Positions 9,573-18,786 of a stretch of 64,000 nucleotides of DNA are shown here, in pieces. The position numbers and the translations under genes are program-made. The number at the start of each line of letters is the position of its first letter. Position 1 is the first letter of the stretch. This DNA is from an uncultured SAR86 cluster bacterium (lineage in GTDB: Bacteria > Pseudomonadota > Gammaproteobacteria > Magnimaribacterales > AG-339-G14). The notes beneath the pieces are model-generated. The model worked only from the letters and a program-made list of their open reading frames with translations. It was not told the origin of the DNA and searched no databases. The stretch lies in the NCBI GenBank assembly GCA_902589965.1, contig CACIUX010000005.1, positions 7,929 to 71,928 of the forward strand, written 5' to 3'.

Positions 9573-10548
9573 GAGAGAAAGTCTGCCTGGAATAGCGCTC
9601 ATATTATCCTTATTTATTATAACGATCGTTTCTTCGATCGGAGTAATGATGAGTAATGAGACACAGCAAAAGGTTAAGTTTCATATTTATGAAAATTTTT
9701 TCTCTCAAGCATATCTTGATCTTTTAAGTCTCGAAGTAATTGGAAAAGAATATTTAAAACCGGAACAAAATAGACTTCAAATTGCTTTAGCTAGCTCATC
9801 AGAGTCCATTGAAAACTCATTAAGTTTTGAAACTGAAAACGGTCGGGTTTTTGGAAATTTTTATGACAGGAATAATTGCTTTAATGTTAATTCTTTGGTT
9901 TCAAAAATCAATAATTCTCAAGATAGAGTTAGTAGGATCAATTCGCAGTTATTGAAAAATCTTGGAATTAGTCTAGAAATTCCTGAATATGACATGGATA
10001 TAATTGTGTCCTCTTTAATTGATTGGATTGATACCAATTCCACTCCACAGGATACTCTTGGCGCGGAAGATATTAACTACACTGCCAAAAAAAATCCTTA
10101 CCTTCCAACTAATCAATTAATTGCTGACTTGCCTGAAATTAGAAACATTAATGGGATGAATGATGAGATTTATAAGCAACTAAAACCTTATCTATGTGTT
10201 CATCCTTCGAGGGAGTTAAACATCAATATAAATGCTTTGTCTCCTAAATATCCTCATCTAATAATTGCCATTACTGAAAATCAATTAGATTTTTATTCGG
10301 CTCAAAATGTGCTGTTATCAAAACCTTTTGGAGGCTACAAATCAACTAAGGAATTCTTTGATATGCCAGAATTTGATGGATTGGCTTTATCAGGATCTAT
10401 AAGAGAGTCGTTATCAACTCAAAGTAATTATTATGAAATAGATGTAGAAATTACTAATGGATCGAACACTTACGATTTAATTTCAAAAATCGAAATAACT
10501 TCAACAGGACCAAAAGTTTACATGCGAAAAATCGGAAAATATCTATGA
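9565..10548 (+). CDS. gspK: Minor pseudopilin K
   Basis: G|IALI N-terminus without E5, CFNVNSL, LIDWIDTN, GAED..Y, LKPYLC, ININ. Confidence 0.92.
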   Translation: MDKRESLPGIALILSLFIITIVSSIGVMMSNETQQKVKFHIYENFFSQAYLDLLSLEVIGKEYLKPEQNRLQIALASSSESIENSLSFETENGRVFGNFYDRNNCFNVNSLVSKINNSQDRVSRINSQLLKNLGISLEIPEYDMDIIVSSLIDWIDTNSTPQDTLGAEDINYTAKKNPYLPTNQLIADLPEIRNINGMNDEIYKQLKPYLCVHPSRELNININALSPKYPHLIIAITENQLDFYSAQNVLLSKPFGGYKSTKEFFDMPEFDGLALSGSIRESLSTQSNYYEIDVEITNGSNTYDLISKIEITSTGPKVYMRKIGKYL

Positions 10549-11666
10549 TACAAAAAGTAATAGAACTTATTGAGCAAGGTAAAAGTCATTATTTTCTTCA
10601 AGATAATGATACTTTTAAATCAGTAAAATTTGATTCCAAAATTCACAAAGTTTCGGGAAGAATATTGCTGACTAATGAGTTCCATAATATTGATCTAAAT
10701 CTCCCCGATGTATCAGATGCACAGCTTAAGAAAGCTATTCCTTTCATGATAAAAGATGAGCTTATAGAAGTTGATTCTGAAGATGAATGGATCCAATCAA
10801 AAGACTCAAAAGAGATTCTTGCTGCATCAAGTGAATATCTTAATTCAGTCAGAGATTTAGCTTTTCAAGAAAATCTTGATTTTTTAACACCATTTCATGG
10901 TTATGACTCTGAAGTAAATACTTTAATTTTCTTTGAAAATTTTGTTTACGTTCACTCTAAGAGAAAAAAAATAAGATTGATGATGTCTTTGGAGACCTTC
11001 AAATTAAGTAAAGAAAATATTATTAATCAATTAAAAGCTGATCCACTCGAGGTATTTAGCGTCGAAGAAATATCACTCGATAAGGATTTAAAAATTCAAT
11101 CAAAAGTCTTTGATTCTTATGAAGATCTCATGATCCATTCATTTAAATCGATAGACTTTTCATATTTCAACCTCATGCAAGGAAGGTATGAAAAACGTCT
11201 AGATATAGATAAGTTATTCAAGCAAAGCAAAACACCTTTAATTGCTTTAGCTTCAATTTATTTATTTTTTATTAGTTTGAGTTTGATTGAAATTATTTCC
11301 TATTCTTTTCAAATCGATAATTCGCTAGAAAAGTCAAAGCAAGTTTTTAACCAAAAATTCCCAAGTCTGAATTATGAGACCGATTTCAATGAAATTAAAT
11401 ACCGCTTGATGAGACAGAATAACGATCAAGATCAATTAAAATTAATATCTACAGTCAGTAATGCTGTTACTTCTCTAAATTCAACTAATTTAAATTCATT
11501 TGTGTTGTCTCAACAAAGAACTGCTTTCGAAGTTGAGGCAAATTCATTCGCCGATTTAGAAAGAATAATAGCTAAATTGGAAGGCGAGGGTATTTACGCT
11601 CAAATAGGCACATCCAATAGAACTAATAATTTCATCATAGGAGAAATCATAATTGAAAGTTTTTAG
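10545..11666 (+). CDS. gspL: Type II secretion protein L
   Basis: KAIPFMIKDELI, NLMQGRY motif before a single TM; operon position. Confidence 0.85.
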   Translation: MIQKVIELIEQGKSHYFLQDNDTFKSVKFDSKIHKVSGRILLTNEFHNIDLNLPDVSDAQLKKAIPFMIKDELIEVDSEDEWIQSKDSKEILAASSEYLNSVRDLAFQENLDFLTPFHGYDSEVNTLIFFENFVYVHSKRKKIRLMMSLETFKLSKENIINQLKADPLEVFSVEEISLDKDLKIQSKVFDSYEDLMIHSFKSIDFSYFNLMQGRYEKRLDIDKLFKQSKTPLIALASIYLFFISLSLIEIISYSFQIDNSLEKSKQVFNQKFPSLNYETDFNEIKYRLMRQNNDQDQLKLISTVSNAVTSLNSTNLNSFVLSQQRTAFEVEANSFADLERIIAKLEGEGIYAQIGTSNRTNNFIIGEIIIESF

Positions 11667-12099
11667 CTATCTAAATTCCTTAACTCGACAACAACAAATA
11701 ATATTTATTTTGACGTTGTCTTTACTTCTTCTTATGGTTCTTAGTTTCTTTTTGAATTTTATTCAAAAGACAGCAAACAATCTTGAAATCGAAAGAAATA
11801 AAATACTCACAGAAGAAAGATTAATAAATAAAATTAATTTTTTCCCAGGGTTTGTCAATCAAGATAATGTTTCAATATCCTCCTTAATAACTAATACTTC
11901 TGGTGATTTTAAAATTAACATCGATAGAACTCAGGTCATAGACGAAGAGTCAATTATTGTCTGGATAAATGATGCAGATTTTATGAGACTTTATGACTGG
12001 CTTTTTTCAATTCAAGATCGAGTTTCTTTAGATAAAACTAGCCTTACTAAGTCTTCAGGCGGGAGAGTGTCTGCTCAATTAAATCTATCTAAAATCTAA
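11653..12099 (+). CDS. gspM: Type II secretion protein M
   Basis: N-terminal LT.QQQ then TM, VWINDADF..LYDWL motif; follows gspL. Confidence 0.82.
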   Translation: MKVFSYLNSLTRQQQIIFILTLSLLLLMVLSFFLNFIQKTANNLEIERNKILTEERLINKINFFPGFVNQDNVSISSLITNTSGDFKINIDRTQVIDEESIIVWINDADFMRLYDWLFSIQDRVSLDKTSLTKSSGGRVSAQLNLSKI

Positions 12100-12812
12100 T
12101 GAGTCTTCGATATTTTTTTATCTCGGTAGTTTCTCTCTTCTTTATACTTCTTTTTTTATTTTTACCCTTAAGGATTGCTTACTCCACTGTTGATGATCTT
12201 TTTCCAGAAATCTCTTATAGAGACATCAAAGGAACAATTTGGAGTGGCACATTTGAGGAAGTTTTTTATGGCGATACTTTGATCGGGAACCTTAATACCT
12301 CTGTTGGTTTTAATAAACTTCATATAAAAATTGATCGTGGGAGGCTTGATCTAGCAGGAGATATTTCAATTGCAGAGCTAATCATTAATGAAATAATTAG
12401 TCTTAGCTCCATAAAATTTATATTTGATAGTGACAATTTTGGCTCAAAATTGCCTATGAAAATCCTTCTTTCATCGGATAACTTAAAGTTAGGTTTTGAT
12501 AAAGATAGATGCATTTCTTCTTCGGGAAGAATTAACGCTATGGTCAATGATCTTGAATTATTTGGTGAAGTTTATGAAACTTCGGTTGAAGCAGATATAA
12601 ATTGCGAAAATAATAAATTAATTGCTAATTTCATAACTTTTCCAAACGCTGATCTCTTATCAGGCATTATAGTTATAGATAATGAATTAAATTACGAAAT
12701 ATTCGGCTCCTCTAGAATGTTGGAAAAAGTATTAGAACAATCTCTTACCGCCGGAGTTAATGTCAATCCGTCCATAGAGTTTCAAGGAAATATTCACTCC
12801 TTACTTAGATAA
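12099..12812 (+). CDS. gspN: Type II secretion protein N
   Basis: N-terminal TM then GTIWSG motif; last gene of the gsp run. Confidence 0.82.
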   Translation: MSLRYFFISVVSLFFILLFLFLPLRIAYSTVDDLFPEISYRDIKGTIWSGTFEEVFYGDTLIGNLNTSVGFNKLHIKIDRGRLDLAGDISIAELIINEIISLSSIKFIFDSDNFGSKLPMKILLSSDNLKLGFDKDRCISSSGRINAMVNDLELFGEVYETSVEADINCENNKLIANFITFPNADLLSGIIVIDNELNYEIFGSSRMLEKVLEQSLTAGVNVNPSIEFQGNIHSLLR

Positions 12813-12835
12813 CTAATATTCCGTATAATCGCGCC
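12801..12835 (+). promoter_or_regulatory. Sigma70-type promoter, probably leaderless
   Basis: TTACTT-N17-TATAAT (12824-12829), then CGCGCC and ATG at 12836; no SD. Confidence 0.65.
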
Positions 12836-13717
12836 ATGTTAATTGGAAAAAATCCTCTGGGTCTAGCACCAGAATGGTTCATAAATAATATTGAATATCC
12901 TTCAGAACAATTATCGATAGATTCATCTGGGGTAAAAATAAATGTAAGGACTTGGGGTTCAAGTGAAAAAAAGTGCCTTCTGTTTTTACATGGCTTTAAT
13001 GCGCATACGCATTGGTGGGATCATGTCATTCCAGAATTTGCGAATGATTATTTTGTTATTGCCATGGATTTTAGCGGTATGGGAGATAGTGAACACAGAG
13101 AAGCTTACTCGCAGGAAACATATGCTGATGAAGTTAAAGACGTTATAGAAGGTTTAAAACTAGATAAACCGATCATAGTTGCTCACAGCATGGGAGGTCA
13201 TGTTTCCATGATCTTTGGTAATAAATATAAAGACCTCTGCGATGAAATAATCCTTGTGGATTCAACCATTGTTCTTCCGCCTGAAAAAGCAAAAGAAATG
13301 TCATCTCGTCGGCCAACTGTTAGATTAGGAGTGGCATCTCCTACTAAAGAAGATGCAATTGAAAGATTTAGGCTCATGCCTCCTCAACCTTGTGAGCTGG
13401 ATTTTGTCTTGAAATATGTTGCCGAAACTTCTTATAGAGAAACTGAAGAAGGGTGGAAATTGAAATCAGACCCGACAATCATGAAAACTTATTCGTATTT
13501 AGATCAACATGAGAATTTAACCAACCTTAACTGCAAACTCTCCCTAATTTACGGTCAGCTTAGTCAACTCATGACCCAAGAAACTTTAGATTATTTCAAG
13601 TATGTAAGTGGTTTATCTGATGATAGGTTACATATGATTCCTGGTGCAATGCATCATTTATTCTTGGATAAACCTAAAGAATTTGTCGATTCATTAAAAC
13701 AAGTTCTAGCATTATGA
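12836..13717 (+). CDS. Alpha/beta hydrolase
   Basis: FLHGF oxyanion motif, AHSMGG nucleophile, C-terminal AMHH catalytic His; no signal peptide. Confidence 0.92.
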   Translation: MLIGKNPLGLAPEWFINNIEYPSEQLSIDSSGVKINVRTWGSSEKKCLLFLHGFNAHTHWWDHVIPEFANDYFVIAMDFSGMGDSEHREAYSQETYADEVKDVIEGLKLDKPIIVAHSMGGHVSMIFGNKYKDLCDEIILVDSTIVLPPEKAKEMSSRRPTVRLGVASPTKEDAIERFRLMPPQPCELDFVLKYVAETSYRETEEGWKLKSDPTIMKTYSYLDQHENLTNLNCKLSLIYGQLSQLMTQETLDYFKYVSGLSDDRLHMIPGAMHHLFLDKPKEFVDSLKQVLAL

Positions 13718-14916
13718 TAGATGGATATTGTCACCCAGATTTTAAAGAGTTAGAGAATCACTTCCGATCTTTAACAGATTCTGGTTATGAAACTGGTGCG
13801 TCATTCGCTGTGGAAAAAGATGGTGAAATGATAGTGGATTTATGGGGTGGATTTAAAGATAAGGAAAAAACTATACCTTGGGATAAAGATACTATTTGCA
13901 ATGTCTTCTCTGTCACAAAAGGAATTATTGTCCCTTGCATGATGCACTTAGTTGAACAAGGAAAAATATCATTGGATGACAAAGTAAGTAAATATTGGCC
14001 AGAATACGGAACTAACGGTAAAGAAAATACCTTAATCAAACATTTTTTAACACACAGAGCGGGAATGTTTGGTTTTAGAGAAAGACTCGAAAATCCAAGA
14101 TGGCAGGATTGGTCTTCATTTATCAAAGCTCTTGAAACTCAAGAACCATTTCATGAACCTGGCACAAGTCAAGGTTACCATGCATTGACTTATGGTTTTC
14201 TAAACGGCGAACTCTTCAGAAGGGTTACAGGCCAAACAATAGGATCTTATTTTAAAGAACATATTGCTGATCCATTTGACCTAAATTTTAAGATTGGTTT
14301 AGATGAAGAGGATTTGCCAAATTGTGCAGATACAATTTCTATTTCTGATGCTATGGGGCCCTCAAAAGGATTTCAGATATTTATATCTTTGATCCCAGAG
14401 TTATTTCTTCCTCAGCCACTGAAAAACATAAAGAGATGGTTCAGAAAGGGAGATTTCAAGGTTGCTTTTGACAGTACTGCAGCTAACGATGATCAGAACT
14501 ATATGAATTCGACAGATTGGAGGATGGCAGAAATTCCAGCTGCAAACGGACACGGCAATTCAAATGCTTTAGCGAAGTTTTATGGCATCTTATCTAATGG
14601 TGGATCAAGAGATGGCAAGACAATCATGTCAAGGGAATCAATCAATCAGGCTTTAACTCCCCATACTTATGGACCGGATACAGTTCTCTTTTTTGGAGAT
14701 ATTAAATTTGGACTAGGATATTTGCTCAATACGCAGCTTTCTCCGATTGGAAGATCTGAAAGTGCTTTTGGGCATGCAGGCATCGGTGGAGCCTGCGCTT
14801 ATGGTGATACAGATAAAAAAATTGGTTTTTCTTATATCAATAACAAAATTCATAAGGGCTTAAAACTTTATCAATCCTCCAACGAATTATCCGATATTCT
14901 CTATAAATTAATTTAA
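13714..14916 (+). CDS. Beta-lactamase-family serine hydrolase (family VIII esterase)
   Basis: FSVTK (SxxK), LTHRAG, GYHALTYG, FGHAGIGG. Confidence 0.92.
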   Translation: MIDGYCHPDFKELENHFRSLTDSGYETGASFAVEKDGEMIVDLWGGFKDKEKTIPWDKDTICNVFSVTKGIIVPCMMHLVEQGKISLDDKVSKYWPEYGTNGKENTLIKHFLTHRAGMFGFRERLENPRWQDWSSFIKALETQEPFHEPGTSQGYHALTYGFLNGELFRRVTGQTIGSYFKEHIADPFDLNFKIGLDEEDLPNCADTISISDAMGPSKGFQIFISLIPELFLPQPLKNIKRWFRKGDFKVAFDSTAANDDQNYMNSTDWRMAEIPAANGHGNSNALAKFYGILSNGGSRDGKTIMSRESINQALTPHTYGPDTVLFFGDIKFGLGYLLNTQLSPIGRSESAFGHAGIGGACAYGDTDKKIGFSYINNKIHKGLKLYQSSNELSDILYKLI

Positions 14917-14922
14917 AAGAAA

Positions 14923-15687
14923 ATGATTCTGGATCCATTATTTTATGTGGTAGCAATCATTTCTGTTTTCCTTCATGGAATGGGAAAAGGAGGATTCATT
15001 GGAGCAGGATCCTTTGGTTCTCTCTTGGCAATTCCCGTTATGTCTTTTTTTGTTCCACCTTTTCAGGCTGTAGCAATTCTTCTTATACCTTTGATTTTTA
15101 TGGATTGCGTTACAGTTTGGAGATACAGGCATAAATGGAACATTGAAATTATCAAATTTATAATTCCTCTTGCTTTTGTCGGAGTATTAATTGGGACTTT
15201 TACATTTAGCTATCTGACCAATGACCATATAAGAATGATCATTGGACTAATGGCTATTATTTTCTGTTTGGATTATTACTTTCGTAAAGATTCAGATAAA
15301 CCTAAGAAGCCATCTAAATTTGCCTCATATTTTTGGCCAAGTCTTTCAGGTTTTACTAGTTTTTCAATTCATGCTGGCGGATTGCCATTGAGTTTTTATC
15401 TTCTTCCGATGAGGCTAGATAGAACTATGTACGTTGCAACCGCCGGTCTTTTTTATTTATTGATAAATTTATTTAAAATTTTTCCCTATGCTTATCTAGG
15501 CGAAATGAATTTTGAAAATATATATACTTCTCTCTTATTACTTCCTTTAGCTCCTCTTGGTGTTTATTTTGGAGCTTATCTTGTTGATAAAATAGGACAA
15601 GATTGGTTTTATAAAATTGGATACTTTTGTACTTTGCTCGCAGGTTGCAAGCTATTTTATGATGGATCCATAAAGATTTTTTTATGA
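14923..15687 (+). CDS. TauE/SafE-family membrane transporter
   Basis: GMGKGGF, SGFTSFSIHAGG.P motifs, about 8 TM segments. Confidence 0.88.
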   Translation: MILDPLFYVVAIISVFLHGMGKGGFIGAGSFGSLLAIPVMSFFVPPFQAVAILLIPLIFMDCVTVWRYRHKWNIEIIKFIIPLAFVGVLIGTFTFSYLTNDHIRMIIGLMAIIFCLDYYFRKDSDKPKKPSKFASYFWPSLSGFTSFSIHAGGLPLSFYLLPMRLDRTMYVATAGLFYLLINLFKIFPYAYLGEMNFENIYTSLLLLPLAPLGVYFGAYLVDKIGQDWFYKIGYFCTLLAGCKLFYDGSIKIFL

Positions 15688-16415
15688 CAAATTTAAGTAT
15701 CAATATTAATAAGATAGCTTGGTTAAGGAATGCAAGAGATGGAGATATTCCAAACTTGGTGGATATGACTATGAATATTATAGATTCGGGTTGTCATGGA
15801 ATAACAGTTCATCCGAGACCAGATTTAAGACACATAACGCCAAAAGACGTTGCAGAAATAAAAAAGATCATACCAAGCAATATAGAATTTAACATTGAAG
15901 GAAATCCATTTGAACAGCCAAACGATGAATATCCCGGTTATATGGAACTGATTAACTTCTATCAACCTGATCAGGCAACTTTAGTACCAGACGATACGAT
16001 GCAAAAAACTTCTGATCATGGGTTTGATTTAACCAAACCAAATCTGGAATTAGAAAAAATAATTAAAACGTTAAAATCTTTCAATATAAGATCAAGCATT
16101 TTTATCGATCCGGATATTGAACAGCTAAAACGTGCTAAAGATTTAGGAGTGGATAGGGTAGAACTCTACACAGGACCTTACGCAGCTCTCTACAACAGCC
16201 AATCAACAAAAGATACTTATCGTTCTGTTATTGAATTTGCTAATGAGATAAATTTGGATATCAATGCCGGTCATGATTTAAATCTCATGAATCTTCCTTT
16301 TCTTATGGATTGTGGTGAGATAAAAGAAGTATCTATTGGACAGGCATATGTATCTGATTGTTTGATCTATGGAATCAAAGAAACCACTAAGAAATATCTT
16401 AAAGTGTTAAAATAA
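15684..16415 (+). CDS. pdxJ: Pyridoxine 5'-phosphate synthase
   Basis: LRNAR, GITVHPRPDLRHI, VELYTG, NAGHDL, EVSIG. Confidence 0.97.
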   Translation: MTNLSININKIAWLRNARDGDIPNLVDMTMNIIDSGCHGITVHPRPDLRHITPKDVAEIKKIIPSNIEFNIEGNPFEQPNDEYPGYMELINFYQPDQATLVPDDTMQKTSDHGFDLTKPNLELEKIIKTLKSFNIRSSIFIDPDIEQLKRAKDLGVDRVELYTGPYAALYNSQSTKDTYRSVIEFANEINLDINAGHDLNLMNLPFLMDCGEIKEVSIGQAYVSDCLIYGIKETTKKYLKVLK

Positions 16416-16420
16416 AAATC

Positions 16421-16735
16421 ATGGATATTATTGAAAAGATTAATAATCAAATTGCTGACAACAAAATTCTTTTGTACATGAAAGGATCTCCTGATAAACC
16501 AGAATGCGGTTTTTCTCAACGTGCATCACAAATACTAATGGCATGTGGAAAGGAATTCTCTTTTGTAGATATTTTAAGTAATCCAGAAATCAGACAGGAA
16601 CTTCCTTCTGTTTCGGAATGGCCAACTTTTCCTCAATTATTTATCAATGGTGAACTAGTCGGTGGTAGTGACATCATGATGGAGATGTACCAAAACGGCG
16701 AACTCAAAGAATTGATAGATTCAGTTGAAATCTAA
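16421..16735 (+). CDS. grxD: Monothiol glutaredoxin Grx4
   Basis: CGFS, WPTFPQL, GGSDI. Confidence 0.97.
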   Translation: MDIIEKINNQIADNKILLYMKGSPDKPECGFSQRASQILMACGKEFSFVDILSNPEIRQELPSVSEWPTFPQLFINGELVGGSDIMMEMYQNGELKELIDSVEI

Positions 16736-17115
16736 ATTGGAAGAATCCAACTTAAGTTAGCTAATAAGGTAAACAAGGTTAAAACTACAGTTAGGGTATG
16801 CAATCTTCTAAAAGCTGTAGACCTGTCTTCATCTCGAGCTTTGTTAGTTGCTGGCACTACTAGGTAAGAAATAATCATTGAAATCGTAGTAACTACAGCG
16901 ATAACGATCCCCTGGATGCTCAAAAATACTGATGAAACGATTAAAGCGCTAATACCTAAGATAAAAATTACCATAAAAAATCTAGGAAAGATTTTTCTTA
17001 AAAACTTTGAGGCATTTTCTGCATCAAGTGTAGTAAAAACTACAGGAGCAACAATAGCAGTTTGAAAAAGAATCATCCCTGAAATTACTCCAGAAAGAAG
17101 TTCTATAAAAATCAT
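16732..17115 (-). CDS. DUF4149-like 4-TM membrane protein
   Basis: VAPVVF..L, FLRKIFPRFF, FRRLH motifs. Confidence 0.8.
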   Translation of the reverse strand: MIFIELLSGVISGMILFQTAIVAPVVFTTLDAENASKFLRKIFPRFFMVIFILGISALIVSSVFLSIQGIVIAVVTTISMIISYLVVPATNKARDEDRSTAFRRLHTLTVVLTLFTLLANLSWILPI

Positions 17116-17118
17116 TTG

Positions 17119-18060
17119 CTAGTCAGTAATGGTTATAACAGCATCATTAGCCATACCAGAATGTATAAAACAGAAATAATATAGCTGATCGGGAGCATCG
17201 CTAGGTACGGTAATATAAATTGTGTTGTTTGTTTTAGAAGTTTTCACACCTCTAATGAATTCCGGTTTAGAAGCATGTAAACCATTTTTTTCTATAGAGA
17301 ATCTTAGCGGGTGAGAAGTATAAGAATCTGTTTGAACAAAAGCGTATGTCTTACCTCTTTCTAAGGTAAGGTCTTTTGCTAAGTCACCATCAATATAAAA
17401 TTTATTTCCTGAATCTGTGCTCTGGACGTTTACCGTAAAAGATTGAGTAGTTTCAGGAACAGATTCTGTATCTTCTAGATTTACTGAACCATTTGGAAGA
17501 AAAAGTCTCCAGTTTGCATCTTCACAACCTGCATTGTAGTCATATGCATCAGCAGAGCATTGATAACTAGGACGAAAATTTATTCCTACAATATCGTTAC
17601 TATTTGTTGTGTTGGAAAGCTTTGTAACTTGTGCGGTAACAGAATCAGATTTACTGATCTCGGTTCCAGAAAATCTCACCCTCGGCCATGCATTACCTTC
17701 GTAGGTTGCAACTGAATCATCATCATTACTATATGAGTAAACAGATCTTTTTGAACTAGTTGCAGATCCCCCCATATTTGACTCACTGTTAGCACCCATT
17801 ATCTGAATTATTTCAAGACCATTTATTGTAGTTGTCGATGCGGCAAGAGTAGGTGAGGAGGATTGGCTGCTGCTTGACGAGCTCGATCCATAGCTTGATG
17901 AACTTCCATAATCACCAGAAGAACCTGTACCAGTTTCTTCAGAGCTTCCATACATGGAGCCACCGCCTCCACCACAAGAATAGAGAACAAGAATTAGAAT
18001 AGGTATAAAAATTTTTATAACAACTCCGTAAAGTAAATCAGAATTGATCCTTCTTAGCAT
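17119..18060 (-). CDS. Lipoprotein with Ser-rich linker and C-terminal cupredoxin-like domain
   Basis: Lipobox LYSC-GGGGG, poly-Ser tract, SHPLRFS...LYYFCFIHSGM (His, Cys, His, Met type-1 Cu ligand set). The start codon is uncertain. Confidence 0.75.
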   Translation of the reverse strand: MLRRINSDLLYGVVIKIFIPILILVLYSCGGGGGSMYGSSEETGTGSSGDYGSSSSYGSSSSSSSQSSSPTLAASTTTINGLEIIQIMGANSESNMGGSATSSKRSVYSYSNDDDSVATYEGNAWPRVRFSGTEISKSDSVTAQVTKLSNTTNSNDIVGINFRPSYQCSADAYDYNAGCEDANWRLFLPNGSVNLEDTESVPETTQSFTVNVQSTDSGNKFYIDGDLAKDLTLERGKTYAFVQTDSYTSHPLRFSIEKNGLHASKPEFIRGVKTSKTNNTIYITVPSDAPDQLYYFCFIHSGMANDAVITITD

Positions 18061-18148
18061 TTACGCAGCAATAGGGCCAAATCACACAATTTCATTATAG
18101 CTAATTTATATAATTAAAATCCTAAACTGAACTTTTAGAGATAAGCAA

Positions 18149-18589
18149 TTAACTAAAGTCTTTTAACATCTTGCGGAGTTCGAGTTGATGCTGTTCTTCT
18201 TGCCCAATTAAATCTCTTGTATATTCTTCGAGATAGACTGATTCACCTTCAACTTTATTGAGAAGTTTTTTGTAGAGATTCAATGCATGCATTTCATGCT
18301 CAAGACTTTCTTCTAGAATATCTTTAATTGAGTGGTTATTTGTTTCAACGATATTAGCTATTTTCTGACTTGGATGGCCATCTAAACCCGTTAGTAATTC
18401 CCCAGCTTGTTGAGCATGCTGTAATGACTCACTTGCCTGTTCTTTTAAAAAATCTACTATGGGTAATCTATGAGGACCAGTAACCATCAAAGACGAATGG
18501 GTATATCTTACAACTCCTGATAGTTCATATTCCATGATTTCATTTAATATTCCACATACCTCGCTTGTATCAAAATTTTCATTTTCCAT
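18149..18589 (-). CDS. Ferritin-like / bacterioferritin-family diiron protein (ATG at 18589 after GAGGTG SD)
   Basis: Diiron ligand pattern E(YEL)...ESLQH...EHE...EEQH; no Met at the usual Bfr haem position. Confidence 0.85.
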   Translation of the reverse strand: MENENFDTSEVCGILNEIMEYELSGVVRYTHSSLMVTGPHRLPIVDFLKEQASESLQHAQQAGELLTGLDGHPSQKIANIVETNNHSIKDILEESLEHEMHALNLYKKLLNKVEGESVYLEEYTRDLIGQEEQHQLELRKMLKDFS

Positions 18590-18658
18590 TTTTATCACCT
18601 CAAAATTTTGGAAACTATAGCAGTTAAATCATAGAAAATTCTTGATGAGAAATAGATG

Positions 18659-18677
18659 GGAATTGATAATCATTTTT
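18659..18677. promoter_or_regulatory. Fur-box-like operator
   Basis: GGAATTGATAATCATTTTT matches GATAATGATAATCATTATC at 14/19 and lies upstream of the ferritin-like gene. Confidence 0.6.
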
Positions 18678-18786
18678 ATTAAGCATTTAACTTAGCAACA
18701 AAGAAGAAATTTTGGATACGGAATGTTTTTCATATTGATTTACATAGGGTAGATGTTTAAAGATATAATCCTCAAAAATTTTTTAT

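Noticed and set aside
12836-14916. Hydrolases after gspN as T2SS substrates
   Set aside because: Neither has a Sec or Tat signal, and they have their own promoter.
18040-18085. Riboswitch upstream of the cupredoxin lipoprotein
   Set aside because: Only a weak imperfect hairpin with no recognisable aptamer consensus.
18719-18740. ArgR box upstream of argG
   Set aside because: Half-site spacing does not fit TGAAT-N4-ATTCA and no tandem box is present.
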